From Dicyema japonicum (taxonomy: Eukaryota > Animalia > Dicyemida): DNA of 64,000 nucleotides. The stretch spans positions 1,506,950 through 1,570,949 of the forward strand of contig RDEW01000009.1 of assembly GCA_011109175.1 (NCBI GenBank). The letters run 5' to 3'. Made by a program: the position numbers and the translations under genes. Below, piece after piece: positions 12,715-26,831 of this stretch (position 1 is its first letter; the number at the start of each line of letters is the position of its first letter). The notes below the pieces were generated by a model. The model was not told the origin of the DNA. It did not search any database and saw only the letters and a program-made list of their open reading frames with translations.

Positions 12715-13560
12715 TTATGTTATGTTGTCCAATTTAGTCGTGTCCGACCCTTGGAGATCTCATGAACGAGTTTTCCTGGTTTTTTGTTTGCTAGTGCAAT
12801 TCTGAAATCTTTTTTCATATTGCATTTCAATCAAAATTGTCTTTATCCTATCTCTATTGCCCATTTTCTCTATTTTAAGAAATGGGTTAACAATCCAGGT
12901 ATCCGAATCTCTATGTTATGTATCCAAATTAAGTCGTGTCCGACCCTTGGAGATCTCATGAGCCAATTTCTCCACTCTCCCCGATCCGTCTCAATTTGGA
13001 GTAGCCTTGATATAGGCATTCCGTGACGTCTTCCACCGTGGATAGCCACCGAGTCCTTGGTCGGCCAGGTTTTTTCTTCCCAGTAATATTGCTCAGCATA
13101 ATGGTTTTTTCCAGTGAATCAGAGCGGACAACATGCCCAAAGAACGCCTATCTGTGTTTTACGATTCTTCCTTCTAGCGAAATGTCAGTCTCTACCCGTT
13201 TGAGTACATTGAGTGGTTGTTACTTTGGAGGTCCAAGGGATTCTTAGTACCTCCTCCAGCACCAGAGCTCAAAATCGTTAATTCTTCGCTATCCGCCTTT
13301 TTCAATGTCCATGATTCTGCGCCGTATAAAAACCGGGAACACGATTGCATTAACTAATCTGCATTTGGTCCTTAAGGAAATATCTTTGTTTTTCCAATTC
13401 TATTCATTCTCTTGGAAGGTGTCTCGTCCCATAAATCAAATAGTGATAGATATTATGGATTTAGAGTTGCGATCCTTGGAGAGAATTTTGATAATAGTGA
13501 AATTGCTCGTTCGACTGATGCTGAACTAAGATTCGCATAACACAGTTTTTTGAAGACGTC
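12715..13560 (-). mobile_element. RTE (BovB-like) LINE 3' region with a second short 3' end
   Basis: VLRIPWT.K..., DRGEWR.., SPRVGHD; gtcgtgtccgacccttggagatctcatga occurs at ~12737 and ~12933; (CATAA)n-like tail. Confidence 0.7.
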
Positions 13561-13870
13561 TGGGTACATTGCAGCCTTAGATAATAAATTGGGTTAGGGA
13601 GGTTCAATGGATTTTTGTCGATCGTTCCGATTTATCAACTCCCTTAATGTTTAATATTTCTAAAAAATTTACTAATTTTTTAAGTTCTAGTTATTTTAAC
13701 AGAAGCAATTAGATGACAAAGCAAATTTACCTTTTATTCAAAGAAAATGGACAAATGATTAAACTCATATTACGTGATTATTATTATAAATCCATTATGC
13801 TTTAAACTATAATTACTAAACTATTAATATTCATTTTAATATAAAAATGGAAATATTCGAATCAGTTTGA

Positions 13871-15027
<1,157 letters not shown>

Positions 15028-15171
15028 CCATTAACAACTCTAATGAACTAATCACAATAAATTTTTTAATTTTGTCATAATTTGATATAGCACGTGTATA
15101 AACTGCTTGATATTGGGTTCCTCGACCATTAGCGTAACTTTTCCAATCAATAACGTTGGATAAGTGATCAT

Positions 15172-16649
15172 TAGGGCAATTTAAGTTGCTAAAATGCTAT
15201 TTTTATTTTTTATACTTATTTTAATATAAAATTGAATTTGAATAATTATTTTTTAATTTTGTTAAAAAAGAACATACATTATAAATGCTATAAGTGCTTT
15301 TTTTAATTTTAAATGCTAACTTTTTTTTAAATGATAATTTAAATTGCATTTAAAAAATCATTTTAATATCACCCATAAAATGATAATAAATATTTAAATA
15401 AAATAATTTAGCACGCTATATAGTATTTATAGTGATGCCAAAACCCAAGTGTTCGTTGCTTAGAAAGCTAAGCGTATAGTCTCGGAATTCAAAGATGAGT
15501 TCTGTATTGCTGACGATGGCCTTCTATTTGTTCTCTTTGTTTATCCAAAGTCAACTGTTCAAAAAAATTTTCAGTTGATTCTCATCGTTCTTCTTTAAAC
15601 ATCAAGAACAATATTCGTATAAATTTGTTAATACAATTGTAGGTCATTCATGTAATTCAGTTCAAACAACATTAACTGAATCAATCCAAGTAGATTCGGT
15701 TAATGAAACGATCACGGAAGCTTTTGTACAAGCAAACATCCCGCTGTACAAATTAAATAACGATTCGATCAAAAAATGTTAAAAACATTTTAAAATTAAC
15801 ATTCCGTCCGAATTTTCATGCAGAACTACGGTCAAGTTTTCTTGCAGAAAAAAAGATAAATGAGTTGACAAAATTATTAACGTATTAAGGCTGCTACAGT
15901 AAAAAACCGAAAAACGTCGTAATTTGTTCAAGGATGTTGGATACCCACCTGATGTGGTAGTTACTAGGTATTCTTTTGCTTATTTATGCAGATGGGGAAG
16001 TTGGTTTCAAGCAATGAAATATTATTTCATGAATTTTGAAATAATTTTTGAAAGTGTTAACGCATTTCAGTCAGATGGAGTTTTAGTATCAAATTCTAAA
16101 ACATCAGTCAACAATCCGGATATTAAGTTTCAATTAACGGAAATCATATTAAATTATTCGCAAATGATAGATCTTCTTAAACTTTTGGAGTGTTGTGACT
16201 ACTCAATCAATCGGGCATATTATGATATACAAGGACTAAATTTTGATAATGACAAGGCAAATATCAAAAATTATATAAATAAAAGAATGGAGGCAAATGG
16301 ATTTAAACCTATTATTGAAATGACTGAACCAAAAATTAGCCAACAAGATTATTTTTCTCTTACACGCTGTCAGGCATCCTCTGCATCTGTTGAAAGAGCT
16401 ATTAAAATGCTTAAAAATATTTTTAAAAAAGGATAGGAACTTCCATCCAGACAATTATCAAGCATTACTTTTATTATATTTACAATAAATAAAATTTAAA
16501 TGTTATATTTTATTATTTTAAGATATAGATTTTACAATTTTAAATGCTAGATTTATCATTTTAAGTGCTAATTTTATAATTATAATTGCTAGATTTTGTG
16601 ATTTTTAGCGCTAAAAAATTTTTTTAACTGCTAGAAACAACTTGCCCTA
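15172..16649 (+). mobile_element. hAT DNA transposon with both ends and a degenerate transposase
   Basis: TAGGGCAA/TTGCCCTA TIRs; 8-bp TSD gtgatcat on both sides; ORF 15924-16436 with SASVERAIKMLKNIF dimerisation motif. Confidence 0.85.
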
Positions 16650-17100
16650 GTGATCATCTTTTGTGAAATCAAACCAAACCCTTGCAACTCATGGATTGCG
16701 GATAAATACTCCTATCACTGGATCATGTGCTGATTGAGATCATCCTATTAGATCTTGTGAGCGCTTAGTGATGGCCTAATAATTCCTTTGTCCTTAACCC
16801 CCGCTTAGACATTACTTAGTTTCTTGTTTCAGGAGAGCTTTATTGTAGCTCTCTTTGTTTTATCTAGGAGGGATAAGATTTCCCTTTTCGGAGAGAACTA
16901 TCCCTCGCACACATTAATTAGGCTTGGAAGAACAATTCCCTTAAAGATGAACAGGTAGGTGTCACGACTAACGTGTAACTTTCGTGTACATAGGAGTGAC
17001 TGAAAACTCTCTTCCTCCTCTCCATACTGTCGTCCATGTAATCTACCGCGTGTCCATATTCGACCCCACATAGCAAAGACTGCGTGCATTATTCACTCTG
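16650..17100 (-). mobile_element. Probable LINE endonuclease (APE) remnant split by the hAT insertion (continues at ~15100-15171)
   Basis: Rejoining across the TSD restores a DH motif typical of the APE C-terminus; highly degenerate. Confidence 0.3.
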
Positions 17101-17409
17101 TGTGTATTCTGTTTCAAATGTTTTTTTCTTACGGCTATCACATGATTTTTCAGCAGAAAGCGATTACGCTAACCACAATTACTAATCGCATTTCCATAAT
17201 GTTAGGTATCGGCTAGAATAGCAGCACTTTCACTAGAACCAGAATATTAGTAGGTTCATATGTGCTAGACACATCTTATTTGTAGAATAAAAACTGAGAA
17301 ACAAGGAATGTCTTTTTTTACGTATTTAATTTATACATTGACATTTGTTTAAAAAACTCGAAAAATTAAAAAAATAAAAAATTTTTGACTTTAAAAAAAA
17401 AAAATTTAT

Positions 17410-17520
17410 AGATCCCTCAGTGAGGTATCACTAAGAAGCATCATAAATGCGTGGAATATCCAGGCGAAATGAACAGAGCATCTGAATATGTCAGGCATTT
17501 ATAACACTGCTCCATTCTGG
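17410..17520 (-). mobile_element. SINE copy, partial with internal deletion
   Basis: Minus-strand head TGGAGCAGTGTTATAAATGCC; cagtgaggtatcacta and agcatcataaatgcgtggaa match other copies. Confidence 0.55.
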
Positions 17521-17559
17521 ACAGATATTAAAAAATTTTAAACAAGACCTAATTCCTTA

Positions 17560-18610
17560 AGATTAGTTAAGCGAGGAAGCCTGCATTTCCTCTCGCAATG
17601 ATGGGCGAAACTGACTCGAATTGCCAACAGCGTTTACAAAGATAGTTTAAAAACGCGGGAAATTAGACCCCCAAGTAGATTCAGAAATTCCACAGGAACC
17701 GGAAGTCTCCACGACGAGTGGAATAAACTGCATTCCAATGGGTAAGTCAGCATATTTCTTGGACTTTTATAGTGGCTGAGAGGGCTCTATAGGCATTCTG
17801 AAGTAGGTTAAGAGCGAACGTCTCGGTGCGGATGATGCCCCAGAAAAGAGGTTTTTCGGGTTCAAATGGGAATATGGTCATTCCCATCTGGTCGTGTTCA
17901 GTCACGTCTGTAGTGGTCAACGGTTCGAACACAGAGGGGTTCCAGCAGCATCTATAACTTGTCTAACGACTTCGTTCAGAGCCATGTGTCTGTTAGATCT
18001 ACCCACATTCTTCCTGCAAGAGAGCGGGTGCAGACCAAAACAGAGACCAGACTTTGAATACGAGTCGTAATGAAATCCCAATACGAACGCATTCATCATC
18101 CAGCAAGGTACTCAAAACTCCATTTGGAATGGCGTTGAGCTCGACAACAGACAAACTCGGCGATGCTGGTTAGATGACACCAGCAGATCCTCAAATGGTT
18201 TCCGACATCGTCCAGACCCAGTTGAAAGTTCAGGAAGGTGGGGAAAAAAAATAGGTACGACTCCATGCCTCAAGTGCATGGCCGACGTCCTGGTCAGTAG
18301 AGAATTTTGGGCGTGAAGAACCTACTTGACAACGGTATCACAGGTGATTAGTGACGAGAGATATGCAGGGAGAGAAATATCTATAGAACTGGGAATCTGA
18401 CAGGTTGTGTGGCCTGTTTATGCTTCGATGTTGAGCAGAAAATCCCGTCAACGAGTGTGAGTTGGTCGGATTGGGTGATATAGGGGTAATCGTCGGGAAA
18501 TATGCAACCTTCTGTACGTTGAGGCTGCTCTTTATGAGGAATAATGATTTATAAACGTCAAGCAAATACAGGCACCCAGATTCCTTCGAGTAGTTGTTGC
18601 TTGTCACGTA
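17560..18610 (-). mobile_element. CRE-like non-LTR retrotransposon 3' part
   Basis: LHPLSCRKNVGRSNRHMALNEVVRQVIDAAG, FEPEKPLFWG, SPIIARGNAGFLA*. Confidence 0.7.
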
Positions 18611-18800
18611 TAACTCTCCCCCTATTGCATTCGTAGTGATTGAGGATCCGTAGAATATATGGTCTAATCAGGGATTATAATATTTCCGTGCAACAACAAA
18701 GTAGAATATTTATTTAAAAATTTAAAATAAAATTTATCAAATTATAAATTGTTTTTGAGATTTTCGTCTCTCAGTTTATCTACATTACATTAAGATGTAC

Positions 18801-19118
18801 TCAATTTAGCCTGAGCCTTATTCTTTGAGCTCTCTTTGTGACGTACTCATTCTTGCAGGATTCTACCACAGATCTGTCGTTTCGGCATTTTAGAGTGCAG
18901 TGCTTGATTTCGTTATAAATATTGTTGCAGAAAAATCTGTCGGTAAAAATATAGGAGGATTTGACACAATCTTTAAGTCTAGTATAAATTTCGAAGCACT
19001 GGGTCACAATACACTTCTCATCAACTAATTTAATGAGCAAATAATTTCTCTCCGATTTACTGAGTTTTGTATCTATAATAACACACAACGACCAATACCG
19101 ATCGCCATTAATATTCAA
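18801..19118 (-). CDS. CMC1: CMC1-like mitochondrial twin CX9C protein (COX assembly)
   Basis: Intronless 105 aa; C-X9-C twice (CFEIYTRLKDC, CNNIYNEIKHC); C-terminal NDRSVVESCKNEYVTKR resembles CMC1; AT-rich flanks. Confidence 0.7.
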   Translation of the reverse strand: MNINGDRYWSLCVIIDTKLSKSERNYLLIKLVDEKCIVTQCFEIYTRLKDCVKSSYIFTDRFFCNNIYNEIKHCTLKCRNDRSVVESCKNEYVTKRAQRIRLRLN

Positions 19119-19439
19119 TTTTTTAATATTTAATTTTTATTATTTAATAACAATTACTTTATATAGAGTTCAGAGAGTCTGAAAGATTAAATTGTGGAGA
19201 AGTTAACTCAGTCCATGAATAGATATCAAGGAAAAGGGGTACCCGGATGAACAGTCCAGGCCAACCGGCGGACTGATAGATACCTATTCCATAACTTGTT
19301 GTTTTAATTCATTTTTCTTCGCTATATATCTGAAAACCTGTCAGTGTTCTCGCTTCAAATTTCCATGATTAAGTTGAAAAAGACGATTTATCCAGAGCTA
19401 TAAACGACCTTAAATAAAATCCGATTTTTCGAATAGGAG

Positions 19440-20300
19440 TGATATAAAAATATTAAACATAACAACAGCGAAATTTTTAACAAATAGTTGAATGATTTTG
19501 AATGTGAACTTGCCTAGAAAAAAATAAAAATTTTAAATTTAATCGGCCAATGACGTTCTCATCAAATTATAGACATGTTGAAGTTTATTGAAATTTTTTT
19601 CCTCCAAATACATGCAACCATGGATCGGAGAATCATAAAATGTTTTGAGGCCGAGTTTACGGATTAAAAAATAGACAATATGATTGAAAAGATTAAGGCG
19701 GGAGAAAATGGTCTTAATGTAAATAATGAAATCACCCTTACTTTCCTTACTTGGAGTAAATTAACAACTAAAACTATTAGAAATTATTTTCGGCATGCAC
19801 AGTGGATAAAAATGAAGATTGATAGTGTCTAACAATTATGAAGAAATAATTTTAAAATATTAGAAAATAATGATCCAATGGGGAATTTCTTGATTATTGC
19901 TATACTGAAAATGAAGAACCAATTTTGGAGGAAAACCTGAAATAGATGGATTACCGTTAAATATATTTCAATCAGCAATTGATTTTATTTATTATTGAAA
20001 TTAGGAAACATTTAATTAGGAAAAATATAATAAAAAAAGGTTGAGCTTTCGGAAGCCTTCAGAGTAGTGGAGACTATTAAGATTTACTTTAAGGCTGGAA
20101 TTATTTGGGAAAGAACCCAGATAGTTGGGAAAGAAGCCGTGGTTAGTGTCTGGAAGACTCGTATGCGATTGCTTCCTAGGTCGTATCTAAAATGTATGAT
20201 ACATTCCTCTGATACCTGACGGGTTCTTTCCCAAATAATTCAAGCTTTAACCCATTATGACTTACTCTTCTCAAATTAAAAATGCAGATATTGATGATCA
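19440..20300 (+). mobile_element. pogo/Tigger DDE C-terminal remnant
   Basis: QPMDRRIIKCF and WSKLTTKTIRNYFRHA motifs in broken frames. Confidence 0.55.
20093..20246. mobile_element. Kolobok-like MITE
   Basis: ~26-bp TIR (ggctggaattatttgggaaagaaccc / gggttctttcccaaataattcaagct), TTAA on both sides, RR..YY termini. Confidence 0.6.
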
Positions 20301-21587
20301 TTAGGGCGGAAATAATAGAACATTTTTTTAGGACATTTTAAAAACAAAATACAGTAAAACCTCTCGAATTCGCCGCATTTTAAAAAAAATATTTTTTTTC
20401 ATTTTCTTATTTTTATTTTTTTAATTCAAAAAAACTTATAAATGAGAAATTATTATTTTTTGTGTTGTTGGTCCTAATGAAACGTAATTGCAAGAAATTA
20501 AAAAGTTCTAAAAAGCTCCAAAATATAAAATTTATTAAGCAAAATCCAGGATGTTCGCTCACAAGAGTGTCTGAAATCTTTTCCGGAAAATTCAGACGTG
20601 TTATTTCAAGACGATCCTTAAATGACCTGAGGAGCAAAAGGAATGTATCCACCTTGCTTTTTTTCAGAATTATCTCGGAATCCATATTTGAAGTTTAACG
20701 AAATCGACGAGGATACCATTTCGTGGATTGAACTAACGAAAACCAGAGGAGCAATTCTTAATGACGCGATTATTTCTACAAAGGCGGAAGGCTTTGCAAA
20801 AAAATGCCAAATAACTGATTTTAAAGTCACTCGTGGATGGATCGAAAAATTTAAAAGACGAAATGGGTTGAAATTAATGAAACTTTATGGAGAATCATCT
20901 TCAGAGAATTTCTCAAATTCGGAAGTTAATGAGTTTCTCACTAATATTAGAGAAAAAATAAAATTATATGGTCGAGAAAACGTCTATAATGCAGATGAGA
21001 CTGGATTATTTTATAAAGCTCTTCTATCCAAAAGCATTTGCAGGATGAAGAGACAAGGGCATAAATTATTGAAGGATCGAATATCGGTAATGCTTTGTTC
21101 AAATATGACTAGTACCGATAATCTAACACCACTTATAATTGGAAAATTCAAAAACCCTATACGCTTTAAAAATTTTAGCTACCAAATATGTATTAAAACA
21201 TTGAACACGTTATTCAATAAATTCAAATTTCTTGAAATTATCGAAAAAATTGAACTCTGAAAATCATAAATTGAGGCATGTAAAAAAATAAGCCTTAAGG
21301 GTGCTATAATTGGAAAAAGCTAAATAGTACAAAAATAATGAACTGTTTTCGACGTGCTAAATGGACCGAAGATTTTATTAAAGAAATTAATGACGAGTTT
21401 TCGCCTGTAACTTAATCAAAAATTCGTGTCAAGACTGCAAATAAATGATTCAATTCCAGAAGCTGAGTTTTTTCCCTATACAGAGAATGAAGAGATCCTG
21501 GAAAATTTGGATGAAAATGATGGAAAACAAAAGAATGAACAAGTCGTTTTAGACTATGATACAATGAATGCTGTCTATATATTGAGG

Positions 21588-21983
21588 AAGTACTTTAAAC
21601 AAAAGGATGAAGTTAACTTAAATGGTTTCGATCTCTATGATGATGTTAGTAGAATCATCAGAACGAACATTAAAACAAGAATAGCTAATTATTTTAAAGG
21701 AAATTAATGTTTTCGTTTTTTAATTAGTCTTTAAAATTAAAAAATGAAAATAATAAAATGCCGTTTCTAAAAAAACTCCCCCATNAAGTACTTTAAACAA
21801 AAGGATGAAGTTAACTTAAATGTCTTCAATCTCTATGATGATGTTAGTAGAATCATCAGAACGAACATTAAAACAAGAATAGCTAATTATTTTAAAGGAA
21901 ATTAATGTTTTCGTTTTTTAATTAGTCTTTAAAATTAAAAAAATGAAAATAATAAAATGCCGTTTCTAAAAAAACTCCCCCAT
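21588..21983. repeat. ~198-bp direct duplication straddling the single N
   Basis: 21588-21784 is repeated at 21786-21983 with a few differences; n at 21785. Confidence 0.85.
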
Positions 21984-22117
21984 CTTGTGATAATTGAATT
22001 TGGAGGTAATCTCATCAAACATAGCTCTGCGTTACATTGATTCCAAAAGAGAAATTTTTATTTTCCAATTAAGTCGTTAACTGCGGGATATTTTGACATT
22101 AATTTCATTGTACAGTT

Positions 22118-22363
22118 TTGTAGCAAATTAAAAAACAAGTAATATGAAAATTTTATTATTTTCCTTTTTCAGTATCTTGCCAGCCTTTACCATATAAGGA
22201 GCCGCATCGCTAATAAATATGTAAAATTTGAAATTTTTAATTGTAGCAAATTAAAAAACAAGTAATATGAAAATTTTATTATTTTCCTTTTTCAGTATCT
22301 TGCCAGCCTTTACCATATAAGGAGTCGCATCGCTAATAAATATGTCAAATTTGAAATTTTTAA
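22118..22363. repeat. 123-bp tandem duplication
   Basis: ttgtagcaaattaaaaaacaag... starts at 22118 and 22241. Confidence 0.85.
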
Positions 22364-22419
22364 TAAGAATTTATCAAAAACATCTCTAATTGCTTAAATT
22401 ATAACATTCGAATTCGAAT

Positions 22420-22990
22420 GTACTGAATTTATTGCTGATTTAACGATGTATAAATTATCAGGATTACAAATTGTTTTGACAATAACATTTAAAATTATTT
22501 TCCCGTTAATGTTATTTTCATCAATGATCAAATAGAATTGTTTGTTAACAAATGTTTTCTGTAGTTCAATTAGATGAAGATGATAAAGTTTATGAATATT
22601 TTTTCGTAATGCTGTAATAGACGGTACATGATAATTTAACTTAAGGAATAGCTTTTTATATAACTATTCCCTAATCTGTGAACTGAAGTATCGACATTCA
22701 AAATTGCTTTAACCAAAAAAATTTACAGTTTTTCTTTGTTATCTTCAGAAAAAAAAGTTGAGTAGTCTCTATACTTTTTTGGAATTTTGTCTGATGTCTT
22801 TTTCCATTAAGATGTTGATCTATGTAGTATTGTTTAGATGATTTTACTATCTTAGAGCATTTTTGGCAAAATATGTATGAGTTTTTGGAAATTGCTTTTT
22901 GAAATTTGTTTTTTATTTTTTTCCTGTGTTCTAATAGTTTTAATAATATAGAAAATAAACCTGTCATTAAATGATGACTGCTAATACACA
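22420..22990 (-). mobile_element. hAT/CGGBP1-like N-terminal remnant
   Basis: IFCQKCSKIVKSSKQYYIDQHLNGKRH zinc-finger motif, like the 3953 and 15172 elements. Confidence 0.5.
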
Positions 22991-22994
22991 ACAA

Positions 22995-23830
22995 AAAAAC
23001 AAATTATTATTTTATCATTATTTAAGCACTTCACGAGAGCCATACTACTTATGGCCCATGTGCAGCAAAAGAACCAACGTGCTGCATCTCTTATATAAAG
23101 CAATTCTCGATAATCTCGTAGGCCAAGTAGGTTCTGTTATTTTTTCAGCTGACTTTCTTGGAACGAGTCTAGTCTCTCCATATCTGTCGATGAGGTCGCC
23201 CAAGTTCTAGCGTTATATAAAAGTACGGGGTTTATAAATGAGTTTATGAATGTGTTGCACACCTCCATCTATGACTCCAGACCGCATCTCGAAAACCACT
23301 TTGACTATCTGGTAGGCATTTGTAAGCAGGTTCTTTTATTCGTTCAAGCACAGTGTTTGCTAAGACTTTGCTTAATGAATTTAATAGTATATGGGTCGCA
23401 AATTTTCGCGCGGTCCTCTGGTTTTGTTGATTTTTTGTATGGGGATTAGTAGTCCCGTACCCAGAGGTAGAGTGCAGTTAGTAGAAAACATTCCATTTAG
23501 TAGTATTGCAAAAATGTCATACAGGCAGTGGGGTCCGTATTTTAGTAGTTCGGAATCTATTTTGTCTGGTCCAGGACTTCTGTTATTCTTGAGTTTTCGG
23601 CCGTGATTGGTTTCTTCAGGAGTTTTGGCCTTTCATCAAATGGGTGGATTTCTATGGTTTTGATGTTGAAAAGCTTCTCAAAGTGAGCCGCGATAGCTTC
23701 AGTTTGTTCTTCGGTGTTCAGTATCAGCTTACCGTTCTCGTCTTATATGGTTAGTCGACTTGGTTTGTTCGCCGCAGCGACGTACCCATGTGCGTTGTCT
23801 TTCACTTTGTTTACCTCTTCTATACAGGAG
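22995..23830 (-). mobile_element. RTE-clade LINE, internally deleted, with 3' end
   Basis: LRPI*LLNSLSKVLA, SQSGFR, PVLLYNARTW..MERLDSFQ; 3' end atggctctcgtgaa shared with the SINE. Confidence 0.7.
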
Positions 23831-24419
23831 TGTCCTTTATAGGACTTTTTCTTAGAAAATTTTTCAAAAAATACACCAGAAGGTTATCGAAAACGGCCAA
23901 GCTGGGAATGTGTTTTGCAAATGACATTCATTTCAATAAATAAATAACACCAATTTCAATAATTAGAAGTTTCGAATGTTGCGGAATTGCACCAAGAGGC
24001 AAAGAAGTTCCTTTGATTTTTTGCATTCAAGGCAACAGTCAATTTTAGCCGAAAAAAAATCTAAAAAGAACAATGTCACATATGTTGAATTAGAGAATGA
24101 ATATGACGGCATTTCCGATGAAAAGGAAATAATTATCGACGATGTTGAAAATATTGATTTAATAAATTTTTGAACGTCTTTTGTATTCGATTATTTTTTT
24201 GGTATTGCTTTTTTTGACATGGGCTTATTAAAACCCATGTAAATGCATCTACAAAGTAAACATCAAAATAAACAATTTCCACAATATCGTCGATGTAATA
24301 CTTCTGGAGATCTTGTAGAGCAGATTCAAAGTGTACAGAGAACAATACCGAAGAGAGTCTCCTTGAGATGTGCTCACTGTTGTCACTATTTCTAGCGAAT
24401 ACAGTTTCCAATACTAAAC

Positions 24420-24960
24420 CTGATCAAGGAAACTTTCCAACACTTCAATGAATTTTCCTCGACGGACAATTTCGAAAGCTCTGGTGGGTCCAAGAATAGT
24501 CTTTGAACATCGGAATCTTTGCTTAATATGACAATCCCACCACCTATGACATCTTATTACTTCAGCTGTGTTTTTCCAGTCCTGGAACCACTCTGGCTTT
24601 GGTCCAAGTCCCCATCCACTGGCTCTTAGATCCTATTAAGTATGATCAGAGCAAGGATCTTCTGCAGGGTATTTAGAAGGATGATAGGACATAAGTTTTC
24701 ATCGGTCTTGTGGATTTATTTCCTTTCTGGACTGGTATTAGTACTCCCCTTTTCCTAGCTCTTAAAGACCTTGTTTGCTATTCCGTTATTCAGCAATCTT
24801 GTGATTTTCTCTGCAAGATGTCCCGGGCCAAATTTTAACAATTCTTAGGATATGTTGTCTAATCACAATTTGAGCTTATTCATCGCTCTAAAGAGACCAC
24901 CTTCGGTAAGATGATCAGTTCCAGTTTGGTGTCTTCTGGGATGAAATCCGATTTCTATCC
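24420..24960 (-). mobile_element. RTE-clade RT fragment
   Basis: ENLCPIILLNTLQKILALIILNRI, SQSG motifs. Confidence 0.55.
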
Positions 24961-24989
24961 TTTCAAAAAAAACAGTTGTTCAAAGTAAC

Positions 24990-25545
24990 TATTTATTTGG
25001 CAGCATTTCCTATTGTTTTCTATTTCCGTCGTGCAAAAGAAACTTTCTACAATACTAGGATTAAAATTGGATACTCTCCTGACATTCGGCGAACACGCCA
25101 ATGACGTTATTACCAAGGTCAGGAAAAGGACCAACATATTGAAAATTTTGTCCCGATCACCAATCGGGAGCAACACTTTCTTACTACAGAAAATTTACAG
25201 ACAATACATACTGCCAGTAATCAATTTCGCATGTCCTTCCTGGAGCTCGATGATTTCTGAATTGTTTTCTCAAAAATTAGAAGCCGCACAACTGGCTGCC
25301 TTGAAAATAAATAATAAGAAAACTGTGAATAACGCATTGAATAAAAAACATCTAAAGTGGAGAGTGAAGTCATTTCTACAGTGGGCAATGAAAACCGGCT
25401 GTCCGCTTTCACTCTATATATGACTATCTAGAAAATGGGGGGGGGTATCTATGGAGAATGAGACCGTCCCCGTTTTTACCAATTCTGTTGATCTTCGAGG
25501 ACCCCGAACGAGAACCCGGAAAACCGGGATCACTTAGTTAGTAGT
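24990..25545 (+). mobile_element. LINE (GIT* group, family E) 3' fragment
   Basis: LGLKLDTLLTFGEH..., YILPVINFACPSW; ends aaaaccgggatcacttagttag (KTGIT*). Confidence 0.75.
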
Positions 25546-25551
25546 TAACTT

Positions 25552-25900
25552 TTAACTTTTTCTAATCCGGTGATCTTGGGGTAAAAAACGAAAAAAAAAA
25601 CTTCTCTGATTGGTTCTTCCTCGTCGTATCAGAAATGTTGCAGTGTTGGTTTTAAGTGTTCGACCTCCAACTGTTGTTTCCAACTGGTTGGTGTGATGTT
25701 GCATGTTTAAGAGTTTGATTTTCCTCTCGATTGAGCTTCGTTCTTGTTTCAGTTTGGAAAAAGTTTTCGGATGCACATTATTGTCGGATCTGATCCTTAA
25801 ATACTTACGCAGATTCAATAGGTATGGCACGTCTGGGTGACGCTGACTGTTATTGAGTTTAGAATCTCCTACAGTTTCGAGTTATGACTTCTCTTGTGGA
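25552..25900 (-). mobile_element. LINE APE-RT linker fragment
   Basis: Basic helical ORF resembling the linkers at 36924 and 62496. Confidence 0.3.
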
Positions 25901-26479
25901 AGATCCGTTCCTACACTTCTGATTGACTCTGATATACACTCGTCTGATTGACTAATACCTTTTCCGCGTCAGCAAAAAACTAAAAACGGCCGATGATCTC
26001 GATGAACTAAGAGAACTTGTGAATAAGAGGGGACCAAAAATGAGACTGGAACAAAAGTGGCCAGGGCGGCACAAAGGAATCTTAATTGACTTTTCGTTTT
26101 TATGAAAAAAAATCAAGAGGTGGGAGATTCAGAAATTGGGGATTCGAGAAGATTTACTTATGTTTATTCATTTTTTAATTTCCAAGTGAAAAAATGTTGG
26201 AAAAGAATAGTCAGTTTCATAACATTTTTATTTCAGCATTTTAACTGTCAACTCACTTGAAATGATTGACATTTTATTAGTATGGCTCATCAATTATCAA
26301 TTTTGAAATTCCACTAAAACAGTTAACGTCAATATTGTGAGACAATTTGTAGCCGAAAAATATATTTCTACCAATCTTGAGAACCACTTTTATAGGAGCA
26401 AAGGAGGAACCTTCTTTACACTAATAACGAATAATCTCTGGAATCACCTAAACTGACCCTAAAACAACTTAAGAACAAT

Positions 26480-26831
26480 TTATTATAGCACAAAAACTAA
26501 CAGTTAGCAACTTTTAACTGACCCAGGCTCAGCTTCGGAGAAGGTAGAGGCACTAGAGATAAAAAATACGCATTTCTTGCAGGACAATTCATCTCAGAAC
26601 AAATGGCAGTTGAAACGACAGAATAATTGGAAGCAGGTCACTGACGCTGCTAAACAGGATCGGCAGGAATAATTGGAAGCAGGTCATCGACGCTCATGGC
26701 GAAGAAAAACGATAGAGAAAGAAAGGAGGTGGCTCATTGAGTGCATTTCCTTGCAAATCGTAAGGGGAAATGCGTTTTCAATTATGAGAGCAGCCAGAAA
26801 TTGCTAACTGTTAGTTTTTGTGTTATAATAA
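26480..26831. mobile_element. MITE/foldback element with 31-bp inverted termini
   Basis: ttattatagcacaaaaactaacagttagcaa (26480-26510) is the reverse complement of 26801-26831 with 1 mismatch. Confidence 0.65.

Larger units (their letters stand above)
20352..22417 (+). mobile_element. pogo/Tigger transposon (CENP-B HTH plus partial DDE)
   Basis: TA-CAGTAAAACCTCTCGAATTCG left TIR; ORFs with psq/CENP-B HTH, GWIEKFKRRNG, NADETGLF; partial right TIR cgaattcgaatgtactg. Confidence 0.75.

Noticed and set aside
17570-17640. HDV-like ribozyme next to the CRE-like element
   Set aside because: It is the reverse complement of the C-terminal coding sequence (SPIIARGNAGFLA*) at the 3' end, not the 5' end.
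21588-21983. Biological tandem repeat
   Set aside because: The duplication is centred on the only N in the window, so it is most likely an unmerged scaffold overlap.
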